Assembly (NCBI GenBank): GCA_900542735.1
Contig: UQOS01000002.1
Span: 7,545-71,544 of the forward strand
Direction: 5' to 3'
DNA from: an uncultured Mycoplasmatota bacterium
Lineage (GTDB): Bacteria; Bacillota_I; Bacilli_A; RF39; UBA660
DNA length: 64,000 bases
Within the stretch, counting starts at the first letter, position 1. Every line of letters begins with the position of its first letter. Shown here in pieces: positions 59,466-64,000 of this stretch. Made by a program: the position numbers and the translations under genes. The notes beneath the pieces are model-generated. The model worked only from the letters and a program-made list of their open reading frames with translations, did no database searches and was not told the origin of the DNA.

Positions 59466-59587
59466 GCTATCACTCCCTATCATAATTACCATAATCATAC
59501 CATAAAATAATCAAAAGAAAAAGTTTTTCCGGAAATTTTTATTTACGGTATAATTTTTCATGTTATAATTTATATAAGGAGGAAGAA

Positions 59588-59821
59588 ATGAAAGCAAGAG
59601 TAAAAAAAGATACTTGTATCGGTTGTGGTGCTTGCACAGTAATTGCTGATAATATTTTTCAAATTGGTGACGATGGCTTAGCTGAAGTTATAAATCCAAT
59701 AGATAATAATAATGAAAAAGTAGCAATAATTAAAGAAGAAGACATTGAGAATGTACAAGATGCTTCTGAAAGTTGTCCAACTGGTGCGATTGAGTTAATA
59801 GAAAACGAGGAAGAAAACTAA
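59588..59821 (+). CDS. ferredoxin (single 4Fe-4S type)
   Basis: 77 aa. CIGCGACTVIA...SCPTGAI. AGGAGG RBS. Confidence 0.88.
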   Translation: MKARVKKDTCIGCGACTVIADNIFQIGDDGLAEVINPIDNNNEKVAIIKEEDIENVQDASESCPTGAIELIENEEEN

Positions 59822-60561
59822 TATCTTTCTCGTTTATTTTTATTTGCTAACACATATAATCTACTAATTTCTTTATTATTTAATTTACGATACTCTCCAG
59901 AATTTAGGCCATCTACTGTTAAAAATGCAAGACGCTCTCTTTTTAATTTTTCAACATGATATCCAACTGCTTCAAACATTTTCTTTACCTGATGATTTTT
60001 TCCTTCATGTATCGTAATTTCAACTAAAGAATGATTACTTTCTAAATCTGTTTTCTTTACTTTTACTCTACTAGCATTTACAGTAACACCATCTATAGTA
60101 ACACCATTTTCTAATGCTATAATCGCATCTTTTTTCAAAATACCTTCTATTTTGGCAACATATACTTTATCAATTTCATTTTTAGGGTGCATAATCATAT
60201 TGGCAAATTCTCCATCATTAGTAAGAATTAAAACACCAGTTGTATCATAATCAAGTCTTCCAACAGGATAAATTCTTTTATCGGTATCTATTAAATCGAT
60301 AACAGTCTTTCTCTTTTTATCATCTGTTGTAGTAGTTACTACTCCCCTAGGCTTATTTAGTAAATAGTAAACCTTTTCTTCCTGACTAGTTAACTTACCA
60401 TCTATCATAATTTCATCTTTTTTGCCTACTTTTACTCCTAATTCTGTAATGGTTTCTCCATTTACTTTAACCTTTCCAGCTAATATAATTTCTTCTGCTT
60501 TTCTTCTAGAACAGTAGCCACTATTAGCAATTGCTTTTTGTAAACGCATCTTTTGTTCCAT
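59818..60561 (-). CDS. rluB: pseudouridine synthase, RsuA/RluB family
   Basis: 247 aa. The S4 domain is MRLQKAIANSGYCSRRKAEEII..GKVKVNG and the catalytic motif is GRLDYDTTGVLILTNDGE. Confidence 0.88.
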   Translation of the reverse strand: MEQKMRLQKAIANSGYCSRRKAEEIILAGKVKVNGETITELGVKVGKKDEIMIDGKLTSQEEKVYYLLNKPRGVVTTTTDDKKRKTVIDLIDTDKRIYPVGRLDYDTTGVLILTNDGEFANMIMHPKNEIDKVYVAKIEGILKKDAIIALENGVTIDGVTVNASRVKVKKTDLESNHSLVEITIHEGKNHQVKKMFEAVGYHVEKLKRERLAFLTVDGLNSGEYRKLNNKEISRLYVLANKNKRERY

Positions 60562-60571
60562 AACATTTCTC

Positions 60572-62596
60572 CTATCTTATTTTCTTAGATATAAAATGAC
60601 GCACTTCGTCAATATCATCTGTAATATTTTTAAATGGTAAAGATTCAAAAATAATATTATCATAATTAGTATTATAATCATAAATTCTAGAATCTAAAAT
60701 TGAAATAACGGCAGTATCATCTTCACTACGGATTGCCCTTCCAGTCCCTTGCTTTAATTTAGAAATCATCTCTGGTAAGTAAACTTCCATGAATCCATCT
60801 TTAAATTTATTTGCCTTATAATCTACAACCGGATCAACAACTGGAAAAGGAAGTTTTGCGATAATAACTTGGCTTAAAGAGCTACCTTTTATATCAATTC
60901 CTTCATAAAAAGAACCCGTTGCAAATAAACATGAGGAAACATTCTTTTCAAAATTTTCTTTTAACGCCTTAACATTAACATTTTCTTTTTGAATATAAAT
61001 AGGAAAAGGAAAGTTTTCTACCCCAATATTTTCATAAACATAATTCATATTACTTTTAGAGGTAAATAATACCAAAGTTTTGCCACCTGTTGCATCAATT
61101 AAAGTACAAATACGCTCCGTAATATCTTTTAAATATTCATCTTTTTGATGAGGGGAAGCAATATCACGAGGGCAATATAAAATTGTATGGTCTGAATAAT
61201 CGTAAGGTGAGTTTTGAGGATATTCCATAGTAACAGGCTTACCAATAATTTTATTTAATCCCATAGAATTAGCATAATAAGAATATCCATTCTCTACCAT
61301 TTTAGACTGAGTTATTAGAGTTGCACTCGTTAAAACAATGCCACCATGAATTTTTGATAACATTTTAGAAGACAATAAATTAATATCTTTAGGTGCATAA
61401 GTAAGTCTAACATAATTACCCTTGCTGTCTACAAAATTTACCCAATAAAGGTTATTACTTTTATCTTTTTTAGTAACATCGATAAAAACATTAATAACTT
61501 CTTTTAAATTTTCTAGTTTTTCTTTATTTAAAGAAATATTTTCATATCTACTTTTTTCTTCTAATTCTTGAATAAGTAATTGCAAAGAGTTAACACATTT
61601 AAGAATAATTTCTGTTAATTTAATTCCACAATTAAATTTTACACGATTACATTCTTCGTAAGTATCAATTGTATCATTAACCTTACGAATTTCATTTTTA
61701 CTACTAGCACGAAGTCTAGTAAATAATTCTGTTAATTCTACATCAATTTCTTGAAATAAATATTGATTTAATTCATTTTCTCCTAGAGAATAATATAACT
61801 GGTATATTAAAGATTCAATATATCTTTTATCGATTTCAAAAACATAAGCATTACGAATTTTTTCTTCCAAGTTATGAGCTTCATCAATTACTACAACTTT
61901 ATCTTGAGAAAATAAACGTTCATCTTCATCATGTTTTAAATCTTGAACTAAAAAATCTTGATTCGTAATAATGATTTTAGATTTTTTATAGTCAATTCTG
62001 TCATGAACAATTTGACAGTCAGCATAATATGGACATGACATACTAGCACATACACGAACATTAAAATCTCTCCACATTTTATCACTAATATCTTCAAAAT
62101 CTTTTTTATCAATAGAATTTTTTTCTAAAACTCTGTCTAAAATATATTGGTACTGACTATTTCCTGTAGTATTTAAAAAATCATGTAATCTTTTCATACA
62201 AATAAAATTATTTTTTCCCTTAGCCAAACTAATTTTAATATCATCTTTGCCAAGTATTTTACCAACGGCTTCTACATCTCGTACTAATTGCTCCTGTAAA
62301 GCAATAGTAGAGGTAGCAATAATAGCTCCTTCAAAATCATCATTATCTTTAATTGACTGAATAATAGGAATTAAATAAGCATAACTTTTACCAATTCCTA
62401 CCCCAGCTTCAATTAATAAAACACTTTTACTTTTAATAGCATCTACTACACTATAAGCCATATTTCTTTGGCCATCACGATACTCCAAATATTCACTATT
62501 TTGAATATTATCAAAAAAACTTTCTACTTCTAAAAATAAACTATCATCTTGTGTATTTTTCTTTTCTTGTTTCCAAATGCTAGTATTATTATTCAT
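60572..62596 (-). CDS. DinG/XPD-family ATP-dependent DNA helicase
   Basis: 674 aa. Walker A EAGVGIGKS, DEAH-like VIDEAHNL, a Cys cluster (CMKRL, CASMSCPYYADC) consistent with an Fe-S domain, and C-terminal helicase motifs (LFTS, QGTGRAIRS). Confidence 0.85.
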   Translation of the reverse strand: MNNNTSIWKQEKKNTQDDSLFLEVESFFDNIQNSEYLEYRDGQRNMAYSVVDAIKSKSVLLIEAGVGIGKSYAYLIPIIQSIKDNDDFEGAIIATSTIALQEQLVRDVEAVGKILGKDDIKISLAKGKNNFICMKRLHDFLNTTGNSQYQYILDRVLEKNSIDKKDFEDISDKMWRDFNVRVCASMSCPYYADCQIVHDRIDYKKSKIIITNQDFLVQDLKHDEDERLFSQDKVVVIDEAHNLEEKIRNAYVFEIDKRYIESLIYQLYYSLGENELNQYLFQEIDVELTELFTRLRASSKNEIRKVNDTIDTYEECNRVKFNCGIKLTEIILKCVNSLQLLIQELEEKSRYENISLNKEKLENLKEVINVFIDVTKKDKSNNLYWVNFVDSKGNYVRLTYAPKDINLLSSKMLSKIHGGIVLTSATLITQSKMVENGYSYYANSMGLNKIIGKPVTMEYPQNSPYDYSDHTILYCPRDIASPHQKDEYLKDITERICTLIDATGGKTLVLFTSKSNMNYVYENIGVENFPFPIYIQKENVNVKALKENFEKNVSSCLFATGSFYEGIDIKGSSLSQVIIAKLPFPVVDPVVDYKANKFKDGFMEVYLPEMISKLKQGTGRAIRSEDDTAVISILDSRIYDYNTNYDNIIFESLPFKNITDDIDEVRHFISKKIR

Positions 62597-62752
62597 CTAA
62601 TCACCGCCGTTTTTATCGATTAGATTATATCATAGATTTCAAAAATTTGCACTGAAAACAGGAATTAACCTTTAGAAAAAAGCGTATATTCTAAAAATAA
62701 TGACTAACTTCTAGGAAAGAAAAAAACTTTCAAAAAAAAAAAAAGAAAAAGG

Positions 62753-63283
62753 CTAGCTTCCAAACACCAAGCTAACCAATAAAACACTCATAATTAAAGT
62801 AACCAAATCAGCAAATAATCCAGCCTTTAGACTATAACGAATATTTTTAATTCCAATACTACCAAAATATAAACTTATCACATAAATTGTTGTATCGGTT
62901 GCCCCTTGCATTACAGATACAATTCTACCAAGGTAAGAATCGACCCCATATGTTTGAATCACATTAATCATAACAGCAAAACTAGCATTACCAGAAATAG
63001 GGCGAATAATTGCCATAGGTAATATTTCAATAGGTATTCTAAGAAAATCAAAAACTGGTCTAAAAAAAACAAAAATATTTTGTAAAATTTCACTCTTTAG
63101 TAAGATGTTAATTCCAAAAATCATGCCAATTAAATAAGGAAAAATAGAAATTCCCATACCAAGACCTTCTTTAGCACCACTAACAAATTCGTCATAAACA
63201 TCAACTTTTTTCATAATAGCTACTAATAAAATTATAAACACAACACAGGGTAATAAAATATTTCCAATATTAGTGATATTCAT
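62753..63283 (-). CDS. spmB: spore maturation protein B
   Basis: 176 aa, a nucleoside-recognition-type membrane protein. It overlaps spmA by 14 nt and follows it as in B. subtilis. Confidence 0.8.
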   Translation of the reverse strand: MNITNIGNILLPCVVFIILLVAIMKKVDVYDEFVSGAKEGLGMGISIFPYLIGMIFGINILLKSEILQNIFVFFRPVFDFLRIPIEILPMAIIRPISGNASFAVMINVIQTYGVDSYLGRIVSVMQGATDTTIYVISLYFGSIGIKNIRYSLKAGLFADLVTLIMSVLLVSLVFGS

Positions 63284-63863
63284 GGTATTTGTCCCTCTTC
63301 CATAAAATACGGTCTACTAATAAAGCTAAAGTAGTATTAACAATTGTAGCAATTATCGTTATCATAATTAAATCTGTAGGATTACTACTACCATACATCA
63401 TTCTAACAGCAATAATATCAGTAGCTACTAAAGTAACACCACTCGTATTTAGTACCAAAAAAGTAATCATACTTCTAGTAGCCGTTTTCTTGTCTTTATT
63501 TTTTTCCTGCATAAGTTTCATAGCTTTTAAACCAAAAGGTGTTGATGCATTATGGATTCCTAACATATTAATGGTTAGATTAGAGGCAATATAACCTAAT
63601 GTTTCATCATTTTCATCAATATCTGGAAAAATAATACGAAAAAGAGGCCTCATTTTTTTAGAAAGGAAATCAAGAATACCAGCTTTTTTCGCAATATTCA
63701 TAATCCCACTCCATAAAATCATCATAGGAAACATACTTAAAAATAAATTCAAGCTAGTCTCTCCACACTCGATAATTTCTTTATTTATAACATCAACCCT
63801 ACCTGTAAAAAAGCCATAACAAATACCAACAAGAATAAATCCAGCCCATAATTTATTAATCAA
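63270..63863 (-). CDS. spmA: spore maturation protein A
   Basis: 197 aa with a TTG start. MINKLWAGFILVGI parallels the N-termini of SpmA homologues. Confidence 0.8.
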   Translation of the reverse strand: MINKLWAGFILVGICYGFFTGRVDVINKEIIECGETSLNLFLSMFPMMILWSGIMNIAKKAGILDFLSKKMRPLFRIIFPDIDENDETLGYIASNLTINMLGIHNASTPFGLKAMKLMQEKNKDKKTATRSMITFLVLNTSGVTLVATDIIAVRMMYGSSNPTDLIMITIIATIVNTTLALLVDRILWKRDKYHEYH

Positions 63864-64000
63864 ATAACCACGACCACATCTTTTTAAAAAAGCCCTTTTT
63901 TGCTTCTTCTTTTACTTTTACATATACCTTTTCTCTAAAAATTTCTTCTGTTTTTAGTTTCACAATTACTACCCCTACTTCATCATTATTATTTGGTTTA
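63856..64000 (-). CDS. C-terminal end of a probable DacB-type D-alanyl-D-alanine carboxypeptidase (N-terminus outside the window)
   Basis: Open frame from the window edge: ..KPNNNDEVGVVIVKLKTEEIFREKVYVKVKEEAKKGFFKKMWSWLFD*. The amphipathic C-terminal tail and the position upstream of spmA-spmB match the B. subtilis dacB-spmA-spmB order. The stop overlaps the spmA start. Confidence 0.45.
   Translation of the reverse strand, partial: KPNNNDEVGVVIVKLKTEEIFREKVYVKVKEEAKKGFFKKMWSWLFD

Noticed and set aside
62732-62744. An A13 homopolymer between spmB and the DinG-like helicase gene, as a possible phase-variation tract.
   Set aside because: It is intergenic and downstream of the spmB stop. It is not positioned between -35 and -10 elements or inside a coding frame, so it more likely acts as the U-rich part of a weak terminator.

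Overview
This is a visibly AT-rich window from an endospore-forming Firmicute. Sporulation markers include spmA/spmB, yunB, a yutH-like gene, a CotZ/ExsY-like gene and a BclA-like collagen gene. About 40% of the window (4346-31065, minus strand) is one locus. It encodes three signal-peptide proteins with cohesin-type modules, two of them anchored by a C-terminal TM helix. It also encodes two giant secreted proteins (2239 and 4809 aa) made of tens of cadherin-like beta-sandwich modules, each ending in a two-segment dockerin. The 4809-aa protein starts with four glycine-rich modules of the ALK/LTK-type Gly_rich family, which appear as GC-rich islands. No carbohydrate-active enzyme, CBM, SLH or LPXTG motif is visible, so this looks like a non-cellulosomal cohesin-dockerin surface assembly. 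That is the main candidate for a novel system. The rest holds a PerR-rubrerythrin operon with a palindromic operator, 19 tRNA genes (a 12-gene operon plus scattered singletons, several with C34 anticodons or odd T-loops) and an apparently orphan MvaI/BcnI-like nuclease beside decayed ORFs. It also holds a frameshifted collagen-like gene, housekeeping genes (gltX, rluB, DinG-like helicase, FtsW/RodA-family, AI-2E transporter) and many small hypothetical genes. All calls rest on reading the sequence and ORF translations by eye; no searches were run.
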